A DNA stretch of 64,000 bases from the human T2T-CHM13v2.0 reference genome, Homo sapiens. Positions 39,047 through 53,936 of this stretch are shown here, piece by piece (positions within the stretch are counted from its first letter, which is position 1; every line of letters starts with the position of its first letter). The notes under the pieces are model-generated. The model had not been told where the DNA came from and did not search any database. It worked only from the letters and a program-made list of their open reading frames with translations. A program made the position numbers and the translations under genes. The stretch lies in assembly GCF_009914755.1 (NCBI RefSeq), contig NC_060931.1; one strand, given 5' to 3'.

Positions 39047-39939
39047 ACCCACACAATCCAAATCAGAAAAAGTATGAAGGAAATTCAGAGTGCCAGAAGA
39101 TGCCACCTCATCCCTCCTATCTGTCAGTCAGTATTCTCTGAATGTCTAGCAGTGGCAGGCACAAGACACTGTACTCTGGAGATACCTCCAAGGACAGAGC
39201 ACACTGGGTTTCTTCTTCGATTTGGGCTTCAGTGCCTGCTGCTAAGTTAGATGGGTGAATAAGAGAGGCAGTGGCTATAAAGGTTAGTGAAGCTCTCTCT
39301 CTCTCTCTCTCCCTCTGACACACACACACACCCCTCCATGTGACAACTTTGGAGTTTTTAAACCTAGACCAGAAACCAGCTTTAATTAATGGTTTGTTGT
39401 GGGTACTTGTGGCATGCTTGGAGCTACACAAAAATACAGTAGGAGGAGGACGCCTGTGAGGAGAAGCAGACAGCAGTCTTTGCCTTGCGGGCCCTCTATC
39501 TATCACCACTAAAGGTAAAATGCTGTTTATCCATTGCCAAACCTCCTGAGTCATCCACCCCCACAGTGCATTTTCTTTGCACTTACTGTTTCTATGCATG
39601 GCAAAGGGGTGACACACTGATAATGGATCAGAGCAGTAAAATGTTGGCAAAGACTCAACAGGCTGGGAAGAGGAAGCCTCCTCTCTAGATTGATCCAGGG
39701 CTACTGGTCCTAGACCAAATTGGAATGTCCAATAAAGACCGCATTCCTTCTCTAACATCTACCCCTTCCCTGAGCATCAAGGCCTGTTCCAGGATGGCAG
39801 TAACCCTGTGTAATTCAATCCAACAAATGTTTAATGAACACCTACCATGCTACAAGTCCACCCTCTACAATCTGGTGTCCTGAAATGGCTTTTGTAATTA
39901 TCATTGGCCTGCAAATGGCTTGCTATATTAAGTGGATAA

Positions 39940-40680
39940 CTTTCATGGATATTCTGTTGGCTTCTCCATGAATTTTTACCTCTTGGGCTATTTTCTCCTG
40001 GAGATTCACACCGTCCCTTGGGCTCAGTCACAACTCTGTCTGGATTTTATCTCCTGTTTGTCTTGTTTGTTTCTTTTCAGCCTTCTTTAGAAGGATTTCC
40101 TTCTCACCCCCACTCCTCCAGATTTTAAAGTAGGTGTGTTCAAGGCTCTGTATTGGCCACCTTCCTGACCCTATTCCTATCTATTCTCCCTCCTCGAGAG
40201 ATGAACAGACCTCTGCTGACCTCCAAGTCCTTATCTCTAGCGTGGACCTCTCTCCTGAATCCATTATTCTCTCTGTGTGGACACTTGGGCATACCATAAG
40301 AACCACGAACGTAACACTTTGTTAAGGAACCTCATCGTCTTCTTTCTCTTGCCTCTAACCTCTTAATCATCTGGAAAACACGAGCTGAATTAACAATGCC
40401 AGAAACTGCATTCTCCCAAGAGCTCATGACAGAAATTTCAGAGGCATTCCAGATTTCCTCTTGCTTAGCTCTCACATCCAACTAGAACCCAAGATGTAAG
40501 GGTTCTCTGAAGAGTACCTCTAGTCCCTGCTCCTCCCTCTGATCCCCACATGGGTTTAGGCCTTCACAAATCTTTTCTTGGGGCAAATGGTCTTCTGTTG
40601 ATCTCTCTGCCTCCATATCGCTATTCTCTCTCATTCATCTTCCTAAAATGCAAATCCCCCCGTGATATCTCCCTACTTTA
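39940..40680 (+). mobile_element. L2 fragment
   Basis: gctgacctccaagtccttatctctagcgtggacctctctcctgaatcca..., tcttcctaaaatgcaaatc. Confidence 0.55.
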
Positions 40681-40698
40681 AAAGAAATGTCAATGACA

Positions 40699-41212
40699 AA
40701 AATTCCTTAAGACTGAATAGTATTCCATTATATATGTACACCATATTTTCTGTCATTTGCAACAGCATGGATGAACCTGGAGGACATTATGCTAAGTGAA
40801 ATAAGCCAGGTGCAAAAACACAAATACTGCAAAATCTCACTTATACGTACAATCTAAAAATGTTGAACTCACAAAAGTAGAAAGTAGAACGGTGGTTGTC
40901 AGAGACTGGGTGTGGGGGTGGAGAAGGAAGGGGAAGATGATAGTCAAAAGGTACAAAGTCCAGTTAGACAGGAGAAATAAGCTCTGGTGATCTATTGCAC
41001 AGCATGGTGACTATAGCTCACAATAATGTATTGCACATTTCAAAATTGCTAAAAAATTGAAGTAGATTTTAAATGTTCTTGCCACAAAGAAAACATAAAT
41101 ATGTGGAGTGACATCCTGATTTAATCATTTCATGATATATACATGTATCATAGCATCACATTATACCCCATTGTACGAATATATACAATTCGTCTTTGTC
41201 AATTAAAACTAA
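40699..41212 (+). mobile_element. 5'-truncated L1MA 3' end with a short 5' inversion
   Basis: Sense part tgtcatttgcaacagcatggatgaacctggaggacattatgctaagtgaaataagcc...gtcaattaaaa. 40699-40749 is the reverse complement of the adjacent upstream L1 sequence. Confidence 0.85.
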
Positions 41213-41384
41213 AGACATTTTTTAAAGTGTCAGTGGTTTCTTGAAAGCTTTCTTTGACTCTCTCCACTGCTTCCCACACTCTTTCTGGGCTAGCTGGCAG
41301 GTGGATTTATCTTTGTTCCTTTCATATCCTAAGTTAATCCCTACCATTGCTCTTGGCACAATGTAGCATTTTCTTATTTAATAA

Positions 41385-41790
<406 letters not shown>

Positions 41791-42049
41791 TGAGATCCCT
41801 ATGTGATCCATCTTTCATTGAAGGTACTGCTGCCCAAATGTGTAGCTGATTTTCTTGCCTAAGCTCTTGCACTTGGCCACCAGCTCCTCAAGAAAACTTT
41901 CTCTCTTGCTCATCACTGAATGCCAGAACTTGCCAGATTACTTGGCACACAAAAGGACTGAGTAAACATTTGTTGAAAAACTGCATGAGTGAATAAATTC
42001 ACAGTCATTCACTGTTCCTAAGAACCATTCTTCACCACATTAGAATGCA

Positions 42050-42439
42050 ATATATGAGTTTATTGAGTATTAACTCACACGATCACAAGGTCCCACAATA
42101 GGCTGTCTGCAGGCTGAAGAGCAAGGAGAGCCAGTCTGAGTCCCAACGCTGAAGAACTTGAAGTCCGATGTTCAAGGGCAGGAAGCATCCGCCACAGGAG
42201 AAAGACGTAGGCTGGGAGAATAGGCCAATCTCTCTTTTCACATTTTTCTGCCTGCTTATATTCTAGCTGTGCTGGCAGCTGATTAGATTGTGCCCACCCA
42301 GATTAAGGGTGGGTCTGCCTTTCCCAGCCCACTGACTCAAATGTCAATCTTCTTTGGCAACAGCTTCACAGACACACCCAGGATCAATACTTTGTATCCT
42401 TCAATCCAGTCAAGTTGACACTCAGTATTAACCATCACA
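42050..42439 (-). mobile_element. MLT2A1/MLT2A2 LTR (HERVL), partial
   Basis: gagtttattgagtattaactcacacgatcacaaggtcccacaatagg...caagttgacactcagtattaaccatcaca. Confidence 0.88.
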
Positions 42440-43554
42440 GGCACGCTAGTTATGTTCGCCATCTTGATTTCACACCACAACCTCAGTATTTTTATTATTT
42501 CTATTTTACAGATGAAGAAAGTAACAATCATAGCAATCAGGTAACTTGCCCGAAGTTGTCAAATAGCTCATTATTGGTAGAGGAAGGATTCAAAAAGATC
42601 TTTTTTAATTTTTTTTCTGCTGAGTCAGTCTCCTTAATCTACCTTGACTGCCCCTGGAGAGGCACAACTGCCTTCCTCACCCAGCATTCTGAGAACTTTG
42701 GCTGTGAAGACAAATAGCCCCTGGGCCCTGCTTTTCCTAAAGCCCCACCGGTTCCCACCGTGACCATGATCCCGTGCCCTAACTAGACTGTCTCTCTTAC
42801 AAAGCCCAGGATGATGAGAATTTCAAATACTCTTGAAGAAAGTGGCTGAAGCCTGACCTTCCTAGTGCTAAGACCTGAGGCTTTAGCTGTCAACCCTGCT
42901 TCTGTTTGGGGTCATTTGCTGACACTTGCCATTAACTCCTTCCTGTACGGCTGCCAGAGACTCAGAAAGGTGGAATCACTCTTGCCTGTGCCCACCACAC
43001 CCTCTTTGGCCATAGAAATTACTCCTCCCCAATCCTCCTTAGCTTCTGTTCCTCCCTGCCTTCTCACACCAGATAGCTTTTTCCCTGAATGTCTTTCTTC
43101 TTTTACTGGATCAACACAGTACCATTACACCAAAAATATGGAAGACTTAACAACCAAAGTTATACTACTGCTTTTTATAGGGTGAATAATTTAATTCCAT
43201 GTTAATTAAAAAATATATGTATATACCTTTATATAGCCATGCTTAGAACAAACACTGGAAGCACATACATCAAATTTAGCAGTGGTTATCCAGAGGTGGT
43301 AACAGCATGTGTGATTTATCTCATTTTAGGCTTTCATGTGTTTTACACTGCCGCCTCTTTTATCTCCTTCTGCTCTTTTAAAGGAGGAAAATACACATCG
43401 ATATTTACTCTGAGTACTGATTTCTGTATGGGTATAATTCACACACTTTCAACAATATTGTTTGAGCAACAGGATTCTACTGTGGGAGAAGCCAAATGCA
43501 TCATTTTAGAATCACAGAACACTATGGTTTGAAGGGATCTTGGAGATCACCTAA

Positions 43555-44685
43555 TCCAGGGATGCTGCCATGTCAAAAAAAACTCAAACTTGAAATATGC
43601 GGCACTGTCTCAGTGGTTAGGTAATGGACAGGGAGGAGATTAATGTCAAATTTTGCAAAAATCGTAATCCATACTATGCAGTCTGTGGCCTGCCATAATA
43701 TAGCAAACCATGGTGTAGGAGGTCGCAGGAGTAGTGAGCCTACTGCTTCAGGGAAAAGAAGTTGCCATGGACTATGTGTGGCAAGATGTTAGGAGAAGCA
43801 GATAAGCTCGAGACAGAAATGGCTGTTTTGCAAGTAGAAAACAAAGAAAATACATTCCAGAAATTCAAGACCTGATCAAAATTGGTCAATGGACCACTTC
43901 TTGATTCCTAATAGTACTAAGAAAACATTTGAGCAATAAAGACACAAATAAACCCAGGACAAAAATCAGACGGATGGTGTGGTGTCCAAGAAAACCTTTC
44001 TGTTGGGTTGAAAGACTCATGTTAAAATCCTCCGAAAGGGATAGTTTTCCCACCAAGCAGACAGCACTGTTAACTTGAGACATTGAGAGTCTTGGAGGTA
44101 AGAAAGCAAGGAAATAAAGATTAGGTCATTTCTCTAAAAGAACAGTGGAGGGTCATTTTGCTGATGCATAGAATTGACTGGAAGCAGATAGATGAGAAAA
44201 CTGCTCTTGGTTTGAAAGAGACTATTTGAGACTTAAAATGACCTTGGGCCCTAATATTCTGCAAGCAGGAGATGATCTGAGAAAGCCACACAGCTCTCTA
44301 GAAGGGCACATTCCCTCACACTCACTTTATATTTGACCAAATGGAATAATAAAAAGGAAGAAACTTCTAGAGGTTGGAAACAAAGACCATGGAAAACCCT
44401 GGACCTTGGTGTTGACCAGAGACTGCTGTGTGTCCCACAATCTTCTCTTTGCCAAAAGGGAGCATGTTTTTTTCCTGCACCACCATTGTATGCTGGGTGT
44501 ATATGGGGAGGAAAGATAACATCATTTTAGCGCACAGGTCTCAGGACCACAGTAAGCCTCATCATGTCCTGATGGACTCATCACCTAGACATCCTGGACT
44601 TCGAGCTAGATGAAATAACCAGACGGAACTTTAGATCATTACCCTGGAGAGGTATTAGTTGTCTCATGTGTGTTCAAGGGTAGAC
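43555..44685 (+). mobile_element. MLT1 internal-region remnant
   Basis: gggatgctgccat...aaatatgcggcactg start; ends aagggtagac directly abutting the LTR. Confidence 0.5.
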
Positions 44686-45087
44686 TATGGCAGAGACATT
44701 TTCTACTCATCAAATATTCATTTAATCCTTCATTTTGCAAGCTCCCTTGCAATGTCTCAAGATCTCATGGCGAATCTTGGCCAATGGGCAGTGATCAGAA
44801 ATAGTGTTATGTTGCTTCTGGGCCAAAGTACTTAGAAGCTGGAGTGTGAATGGCCAACTCTCTCTTCCCCTGCTGTGATGATACCAGGAAGCCACTCATA
44901 TTGATGACACCATCATAATATCTAAGCTGTCCCCATTGTTGACTTGCCACATGGAGAAGAGATACACTAGAAAGTGACCCAGCCTGCCATGGAGTTAGTG
45001 TGAATAAAAGCTTTTGTCATATTAAGCCACTGCGGTTTTGCATGCATTTGTTACCGCAGCCTCGTCTCGCCTAGCCTGCCTAATACA
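44686..45087 (+). mobile_element. MLT1J-like LTR
   Basis: tatggcaga...ttggccaatgggcagtga...aataaaagcttttgtcatattaagccactg...tttgttaccgcagc...ctaataca. Confidence 0.7.
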
Positions 45088-45302
45088 CTGGCTGTAATTT
45101 CTGGTGTGTCATTCTGTTATCTATGTGACTGTGAGGCCCACCGAGCTGTGGCTGACCATTTTCTTAATATCACCAGAGAGACTGATCCAGCAATGTTCTC
45201 CCCCTAGAATGCCACTCAGAAAACCACTGAGCGGGCAATAGAAATGAATTTTCATTACAACTGGGGACCCAACACATAAATATTAGCAGGGGAGACCTCT
45301 TT

Positions 45303-46330
45303 TATTCATTTCTTCAACAATCTTTATTGAGCTTCTACAATGTACCAAACATTTCCAGGTGCTGGACATCCAGTGCCCAAGAGTGACAAGGCCCTGGGTC
45401 TCATGGAGCTGACATTCTAGCTAGGATAACCACAGAAACAAAAAGAACGCGTAAGATAATTTCAACAAGCAAGTAAGTGTTACTAAGGAAACAAGGTGGT
45501 ACAGAGTGAGGGCAGTGAGAGAAGATCTCCAGGAAAAGCTGACAGTTAAGCGGAGACCCTATTAATAGAAACCAGTGATGCAAAGATCTGGAGGTGGGGC
45601 TTCTAGACAGAGAGAACAGAAGTTGCAAAGCCCTGAGGTGGACAAGTTCGAACTGGGTGGGTTTGACTTTTCAATTTGACAAAAATCTGAATTGGCTGAA
45701 ATGCCGTACATGGAGAATAAAGAGAACAAAGAGACCTAGAGGGGGATCATTTCAAGTCTTTTGAGCCATCACAAGGTGGTTGGATTTTATTTTAAGGGCA
45801 ATGGGAAGCCATTAGATGATTTTAAGGAGAGAAGTTACAAGATTTAATTGGGGACTGATTAGCAGGAAGTTGTGGCAGTAGCCCAGGTGAGGAAAATGGG
45901 GCTTGAAGCGGTGATTGATCATGGCTATATTTTGGAGAAACAGCACTTGCAGATGGTTTGGATGTTGCAAGTGAGAACAAGAGAGAAAGACATTGAGACT
46001 GACTTCCAGGTTTTCAGCTTGAGTAACAGATAGTAGTGGTACCATTTACAGAGATGGCAAGGCTTGGAGAAGCCTGTGCTGGGGCATTGGAGCGGGTACA
46101 GTATCAAGAATTCTAAGTTTGCAATGCCTGGTAGACACTCACATGCCTATAGGAGGGAAGCAGGTGGAGTTTCAGGGCAAGATTAGGCCTAGAGATATAA
46201 ATTTGGGGCCCATCAGTTTATAAACGTTATTTAAAGCCACAGAACTGAATGAGATCACTTAGGAAGAGAGTGTAAATACAGAAGAGGTCCCAAGACTGGG
46301 GCGTTGGATCCAACATCGATCCAGAGGGCA
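45303..46330 (-). mobile_element. L2a 3' fragment
   Basis: ttcaacaatctttattgagcttctac...gggcaatgggaagccattagatgattttaag...tatttaaagccacagaactgaatgagatcac. Confidence 0.8.
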
Positions 46331-46494
46331 GGGAGAGGAGGAGCTGCTCTTCCAGAATAGTGAGACCTTTTCCACTCCAGAGGGCTGTTTGCTTTTTAAA
46401 AGATGTCCTAAGACATATAGATTTTTCCACATATCTTAGTAATAAATGTTACAGCAGTGTCTCCTGTGAGTTCTAAGTCACATGTGTCACTTCA

Positions 46495-46705
46495 GGAAGG
46501 CAGCTGTGGCAAAGTAGAAAATGCATGCAGCCGAGGGTCAGAAAACCCTGGATGCTTTCAACCACTTTGCTGCTCGCTGGTGACGTGACAGGAGTGAGTC
46601 ACCGCCCGGCTGGGCCTCACTTTCCTCCCCTGCAGCTTGGAAGTAACGATGCCTCCTTATTGGGTTGCCATTGGCATTCATGGAGGCAATGGATGTGAAG
46701 GGGTT
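46495..46705 (+). mobile_element. MIR
   Basis: ctgggcctcactttcctcccctgcagc...ggatgtgaagggg. Confidence 0.5.
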
Positions 46706-46726
46706 TGTCTACTCCTGCCACACTGC

Positions 46727-47146
46727 CTGTTTAATAGCCACTAGCCACTGGCAGCCTCTTAAATTACAATGAAGTCCAATTAAATATTCAGTTCTTTGAG
46801 ACTAAGAAGACATGATGATCACATGCAATGTGGGGTCCTGGATTGGATCCTGGAACAGGAAAAAAATGACAGTAGTGGAAAAACTGATGACACCTGAATA
46901 AATTTTGTGGGTTAGTTAATAGCATTGTGCCAAGGTTCATGTCTTCATTTGAGTGGGTTCTGTAAGAGGTTCACATCAGGAAAAGCCGGGTGAAGGGTGC
47001 ACAGGGCTTTCTGCACTTGTACAATACAAAGTTGAAGAAAATTCGGTTCCTCAGTCACACTCGTCACATTTAGGTGCCCGTTGGCCACATGGATGGTGCT
47101 AAGATGGACTATTCCCACTGTGACAGAAAGCTCTACGGGACAGTGT
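46727..47146. mobile_element. MER3-like hAT element with a nested L1MC/ME 3' fragment (46797-47037, +)
   Basis: tagccactagccac...aaattcggttcctcagtcacact...agaaagctctacgggacagtg. Insert catgcaatgtggggtcctggattggatcctggaacagg is flanked by aatattcagttc and aaaattcggttc. Confidence 0.7.
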
Positions 47147-48177
47147 TGCCTGCAATATAAAACCAATGTCTGGTTTCACTAGATAAAGCACTGACCACTA
47201 CAGCATGCCTCAAACTGACTTCTGTGGGACAAATTCAGTGGTTCCCATTAAAGGCTAAAAGTCATGTCTAGAAATAAAACTCCAGTCTTCTCTCCTATGC
47301 CCAAACTAGTCATGTTATTTTAGACTAGATTCTACCTGTCTTTGGCTTCTGCTTTCTTTTCCAAAATGTGACAGGATTAAACCAAAGGGTCTCGCAAGGA
47401 CTGTTTACATCTAACATTGCCTAGATCTGAAATAAATAACACTAGGAGGAAGTGGCTCATTATCTCAGTAGCCCACGGGGAGGTGTTCTAGTGGCAAACT
47501 AAGTGTGCTTGGGTTGGGAGGGAACCAGCCGTTCCCCACACTGCTGGATCTGCCTGGTTCCAGCCCATTCAGCCTCAATACTGATGCTGATGATACAGAA
47601 AGGACCCAAAGACTCACTCTCCTTGTCAGCGACAGGCTGCACACACAGGGCTTGAATGAAAAGACAACAGAGGAGAATAAATAGGAAGCAGTTTTTTAAA
47701 ATATTAGAAGCATGCTATTTTATGCTAATTTTTTTTGTTCACGACTCTCAGTTTTAAAAAGTGAAATAACTCAGGTCAGACTACATAGGGATTTAGAAAA
47801 CACTATTGACCAGGGAAGTTATGACTATTGATTTTTCTCCTCTTCATCCCCAGTGAGCAGTCAGTAATCATAACCCGCTGTTCTAACAGAGCACTTTCTA
47901 TCCAAGACATTTAAGATGAAGCACGAACATTAACCCATTTATTTCCACCATGTTCATTGATGTTAAAATATGTTCTTTTCCTATCTGCTATTTACAGGGA
48001 GGAAACTAAAGAAAATGTCATTGTAGAGGGAAAGATAATTACGTGCCTGAATAGAATTTGCCTCAGTGGAAAGTTCCTTTCCCACTAGATCAACTTGGGG
48101 AATATAGAGCAGAATTAATTTTTTAGTTTTTCATCAGGTCATAGTTATTAAGTATATCTTGATCACTCTTTACTTAC

Positions 48178-48766
<589 letters not shown>

Positions 48767-50379
48767 TAAGTGTGGAACTTTTATTATTTAAATTCCCAGC
48801 ATACTTTCTCTCTGTGTTTGCATAAGTATCAGAAAGGGTATATGTAGTGACTGATATTCACCATTGCCTTGAGTTAATCAGCAAATAAAGATCCTGTTAA
48901 AAGTCCTTCATCTCTCAACACTATAAATAGGACAAATTAGATACATGAACAAAGGAGTAGATGCCAGGGTAAGGTATCATTTACCAAGGCTTACTCAATA
49001 TTGGTTTGATGTGTTAGTAAGTCTTATAATAGAAATTATTGTTCAAGTAACCAACTATTTGCTGGAACAAATGTGTAAAAAGAGGTCCTTTCTACCAATA
49101 ATCTAATGATTCTAATCATGGAAGACATACCATTGCTAGCAGAAAGACCACAAGAAAATTCCATTGTTCTTCTCAATTGCACGCTTGCAGCCTATGTATA
49201 TCCGGAAACTAAGCTCTTGACTGTAATTTAATAGCTGATGCTTGTAAACTGGATCTTGTAAAAACCCTTAGGGGTATAAAGGAATTCCTTCTGTTCTATC
49301 CAAGTTTGGAAGAAGGCAGTATTATTTCTCTTTGTTACAATATTTGAGTTTATTTTAACAGCATGTTAGAGCAATCATAAATAACAGTGGCTTCATAACT
49401 TTCTCCATCTCCACCATTGTTACAATCCTTTCCACCACCGCTTAGAAATGATTCCTTGCATTTCTTAAAAGCTAAACTACCATGGAACTGCATGTTATTT
49501 TATGTCTCTTGAGATTAACAGTGTCTTCCTAAGAAAAATGCAAACATTCATCGCATTCCAGAGGAAAGACAGAACTTGGCCAGTGAGATTCCGAGCCGTC
49601 ACTGAGCATTACTGTATACTTCTGAGGGAGAGGGTGCTGATGTTCATCTTCCACACCCTTTTCTACAGGCCTATCATCCAGAAAAGACCCAGGGAGCCAT
49701 CATCACTGTGAATTCCCTCTCCCAGGAGATAACAGGACTGTTAATGACATTGTTAGTCGGCTCAATGTTCTAATCACGTGGAGACCATGTCAGGGATGTG
49801 GCTTAAGTATGCTAAGCAGAGGCAGCCCCCTCCTCTGTATGGAAATCTCTTCTGCATCCATTTAAAAGGCAAGCCTTTGGGTTTGAGAATTTCAAAATTA
49901 CCCAGTATTTTTGACATTGAAATTTCTGGAGGGCTAACACTGTAAGTCTATCAGAGAGCCCCTTGGCAAGGATTGCTAATGGCTAACCCATGCGGGTTGT
50001 GCCCCAGGAACCCAACAAAGTCTAAGGAGGCACCCTGAAGAGCAGAGTCTGCGCCACGGTGAACCTGCTCTCAGGTCAGGTCAACCTAACAGCCCTAAGT
50101 GAGGGTCACAGTCAAGAGAAGGCAGGGGCAGAGCTGGCAGTCAGGCATAAAGGGTGAGATGAGAACAGTCTGGGGAAAAGTAGATGACTAATAAGTAAAG
50201 GTCAAGACAGAATCAGCTGGAAGGTCCCCCACAGCTCCTGTTTGCTGGGCACCTTTACATGGGATACAAGGACTCCTCATAGCTTACAGGAGCAGAGCCT
50301 GTCCTGACCAGGCATAGAGAACTCATCTAATGAAGGAAGAAGGAGAGACTGATAGAGAGTGCTAACATGAACCCCATAT

Positions 50380-50770
50380 CTGAAGAAGGCATTCCTCTCC
50401 ACCTGCTCCTCTACCAAGCACATCGCTGCCTCCAAGCCTTTGAAATCGCTCTTCCTTCAGCCCTGAACACTGTCGTCCCAGGATCCACAAGGCTCCCGAC
50501 TGCCCTCATTCAGGTCTCTGCCCCATGTTACCTTAGCAAGAGGCCTTCCTTGACTACCCTATCTAAAATAGTACCTTCAATATGCTCTTCCTCTCATCCT
50601 ACTTAATTTTTCTCTGTAGGTCTACCCCAATTTATAGATTAAATATTTATTTGCAAATATAAAACTCAATCCCCCTTAAGCAGGAACTTAGGCTGTTTTG
50701 TTTATCACAGTGCCCCTACCACTGAGCACATTTCCTAGTAGGTGCTTAAGAAATCTTTTGTAAAATGAAT
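50380..50770 (+). mobile_element. L2 3' fragment
   Basis: agaggccttccttgactaccctatctaaaatag...tagtaggtgcttaagaaatcttttgtaaaatgaat. Confidence 0.7.
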
Positions 50771-50994
50771 TAACTGAGACATTGTCCCTGAATCTCCACG
50801 TGGGTTGAATTTACATTGTGCAATTCTCTTGCGTTTGGGATGTAATTTCATGCTCTTTCCTTGTTATGCAGAGTAATTAGATATGCCATGCAGTCCCCAT
50901 CTCTCTGCTTTGCCCATACTCCCTTCTGTGATTTTTCTCCCCCACGCCTCACTTCCAGACCTGGCCAACAATAAGATATCTTTGTGTCATGTTT

Positions 50995-51460
50995 TCATGC
51001 ATCCATTTAACAAACATTTATTGGACACTCACTGTGTGCTAGGCATGATGTTAGGTGCTGGGGATTTAACGGCAAAGCAAGAAAATAAAATCAATCTCTG
51101 CCACCAGGAAAGTTACTGCCTAGTGAAGGGGCCAGGAACTAAATTTTAATGCTCACAAACAGATGTAAAATTGCCATGTAATGGGGCTGCCAGGAAAGGT
51201 GCATGTGCTCTGAGTACCTTTCACTGGGGGATGAGCTGCTCAAAGAGATCAGGGAAGACTTCCACGAGGACGTGATTTGCCCTTTCCATGGGGTTGGGGA
51301 GTTGATGGGGGTCAGGATGGCTGCAAAAGGAGGTAAGGGAGATCACACAGGGCCTCAACAGCTGTGCTGATGACTTTAGCCATTATCCCGAGAGCCGAAG
51401 AGCAAGGGGAATCCACTGGAGGGTCGCAATGGGTGTGTGGAGCAGGAAGAGACAGCGTGA
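50995..51460 (-). mobile_element. L2 3' fragment
   Basis: catccatttaacaaacatttattggacactcactgtgtgctaggc. Confidence 0.65.
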
Positions 51461-51748
51461 GAGAAAAGCACGAACACACAGGTGGAAATTCAGGCAGTTA
51501 CCATGCATACACTGGGATAGGTTTTTGTAAAAGATACGAAGATAAATGGTCTGTGTCCTCAAAGATCTTAATCCAAAACACCAATTTGCTAGATAAAGGA
51601 CAACTTACATGGTATGAATATAAATGATTTCTGGTCAAAGTCTCCAAAAGAATAAAGCTTATTCACGTAATAGCTCTGTTGAGTTCTTTCTGACCAAGAT
51701 CAGGAGACCAAACTGAATGATCCGGAACCAAACTGTTGAACCCTGCTA

Positions 51749-52525
51749 CAGTCGTGGGCTGAATGATGACGTCTCAGTCGACGACAAACCATGTAAGATG
51801 ACAAAGGAGCTGGTGACCATGATCCTGACCCTGGGTGGGCCTAGGCTCATGTGTGCATTTGTTCGTTGTTAACAAAAAAGTTTAAAAAGTTTAAAAAAAA
51901 CTAATAGAGAAAAGCCTATAGCACGAGGATATAAAGAAAATATTTTTGTACAGCTGTACAGTACGTTTGTGTTCTAAGCTATGTATTATAACAAAAGAGT
52001 CAAAAAGTTTAAAAAGTTAAGTTTATAATGTAGAAAAGTTATAATAACTAAATCATTAAAGACAATTTTTAAATAAATTGAATGTAGCCTAAGTGTACAG
52101 TGTTTATAAAGTCTGTGCTAGTGTATAGCAATGTTCTGGGCCCTCACATTCACTCACCACTCACTCACTGAGTAACCTAGGGCACTTCCAGGCTTCTGCA
52201 AACCCATTCATGAAAAGTGCCTTATACACGTGTACCAGTTTTTGTCTTTTGTACAGTTTTTTTAACTGTACTTTTTCTATATTAAGCTATGTTTAGATAC
52301 ACAAATATTTCCCATTGTGTTACAATCACCTACAGTATTCAGTACAGTACCATGCAGTACAGGTATGTAGCCTAGGAGCAATAGGCTATATATACCCTAC
52401 AGCCTAGGTGTGTAGCAGACTACATCATCTAGGTTTGTGTAAGTACATTCTACGGTGTTCAAACAATGGCAATCACCTGATTCATTTCTGAGAACATAGC
52501 CCCAACGTTAAGCAATACATGACTG
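51749..52525. mobile_element. Tigger3/MER7-family non-autonomous TcMar element
   Basis: Terminal inverted repeats ta|cagtcgtg...catgactg; internal gtagcctaagtgtacagtgtttataaagtct and gtagcctaggagcaataggctata. Confidence 0.85.
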
Positions 52526-53905
52526 CATTCCCACTTGATAAAGAAACATTTCCTTCAAAGATTAAAATTTAAGTTTTCTGTAATTCTCATATTGACAATG
52601 GGGAAGACTCATCTGCCTTTTGCCTCTTACAGGTGTCGGCCCTGTCTCATGAGGTTTATGTATGAAAGGCTCTGTGTTCGGTTGATCTAGAGAAACTCAC
52701 TGGCCCAGTGCATAGCTAGTATTAACTGTAATCAATGAAACCATCAGCTTTACTACAGAAGCATAAGGAAATTTAGTGCTTTCTGTGTGAGGGATATCAC
52801 CCCTCTCTGAAATAGCTTAGGAAAATAAAAAGTGTTATTATACATCAGATTCATGTAATGTGTATTCATTTATTTGACTTTAAAGCTACTTAAAGGATAA
52901 AAGCACCCATCCTTAAGTTTCCTCCAGCATGGGTGGAACACTACTAAATAAATCTGAAAGAGACAATAGGCATGGAAGAAAAAGAGGCAGAATTAAGAAG
53001 CGAATAGGGAAAGGGATTGTGGTGCACTGATAGCATCTAAAAACGGGTTCCTTGATGAGCTTTCAGAAGGGCCCATTGTCCGTGTGCCTATAGTTTTATT
53101 TTTCCAGGAAAAATCAAATGGGCTGAGTGTGGAGTTGTGAAAGAGTGAAGAAAGGGGAGATGAAAATACCCTCCCCAGGAAATGTCTCTCTGCCCCTGAA
53201 ATCCTTTATTCAAACTGAAAATACAGACAGCATGAAAACCAGAATCCCCGCCATCCCCACAGTGTGGTTTGTGTTTTCGGTGATGTTTGATTGCATTTTA
53301 GTTAGCATTTAATATTTTCTTAATCTGGGCTGCCTTTTATCTGACACCCTGGAACTTTCCCTGTACTTTGTTATTTCCTTCCCCTGCTAATGATGTCTCT
53401 GGAACAGAAGTGCACTCTTGAAATGGATTCTCTTCATTAACACAGGGAACACTGTGTTTGATTTATCTGCACAACCCCTGGGATGTCTTTTGTGCTTAGA
53501 GGTCAAAGAAATTCTTCATCTCTTTCTAAACCATTAATTTTATCATTATGGAAATAGCTTCCATAATTGATAAAACATTGTCAACTGAGTTTGACAGACT
53601 ATTAAAACACTTCTGAAGATTTGTAATCTCAAGCTTCTGCCTCTTGGGACTTACTTAAAACATACACACCCATATTTATATTCTCTCTTAAATGTCAATG
53701 GGAAAAATCTTCTTGATAAGGTGGTTATGATGCACACAGACAGTGATTAAGAATCATTTCCCTCTGGCCCTGGCCAAGTTGTGTTACTGTTAATAAAATA
53801 GGATAAGCCATTCATCTTTTCTCACTAGCTGAGAAAGTTGAAGCTTTGCCATAAATAGGAAGAGGACCACCCTGTAAAAGGGATAGTTTGTTGTGAAGTC
53901 TGGAA

Positions 53906-53908
<3 letters not shown>

Positions 53909-53936
<28 letters not shown>

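Noticed and set aside
39117-39758. 213-aa minus-strand ORF
   Set aside because: Runs through a (CA)/(CT) microsatellite; no homology recognised and no clear splice structure.
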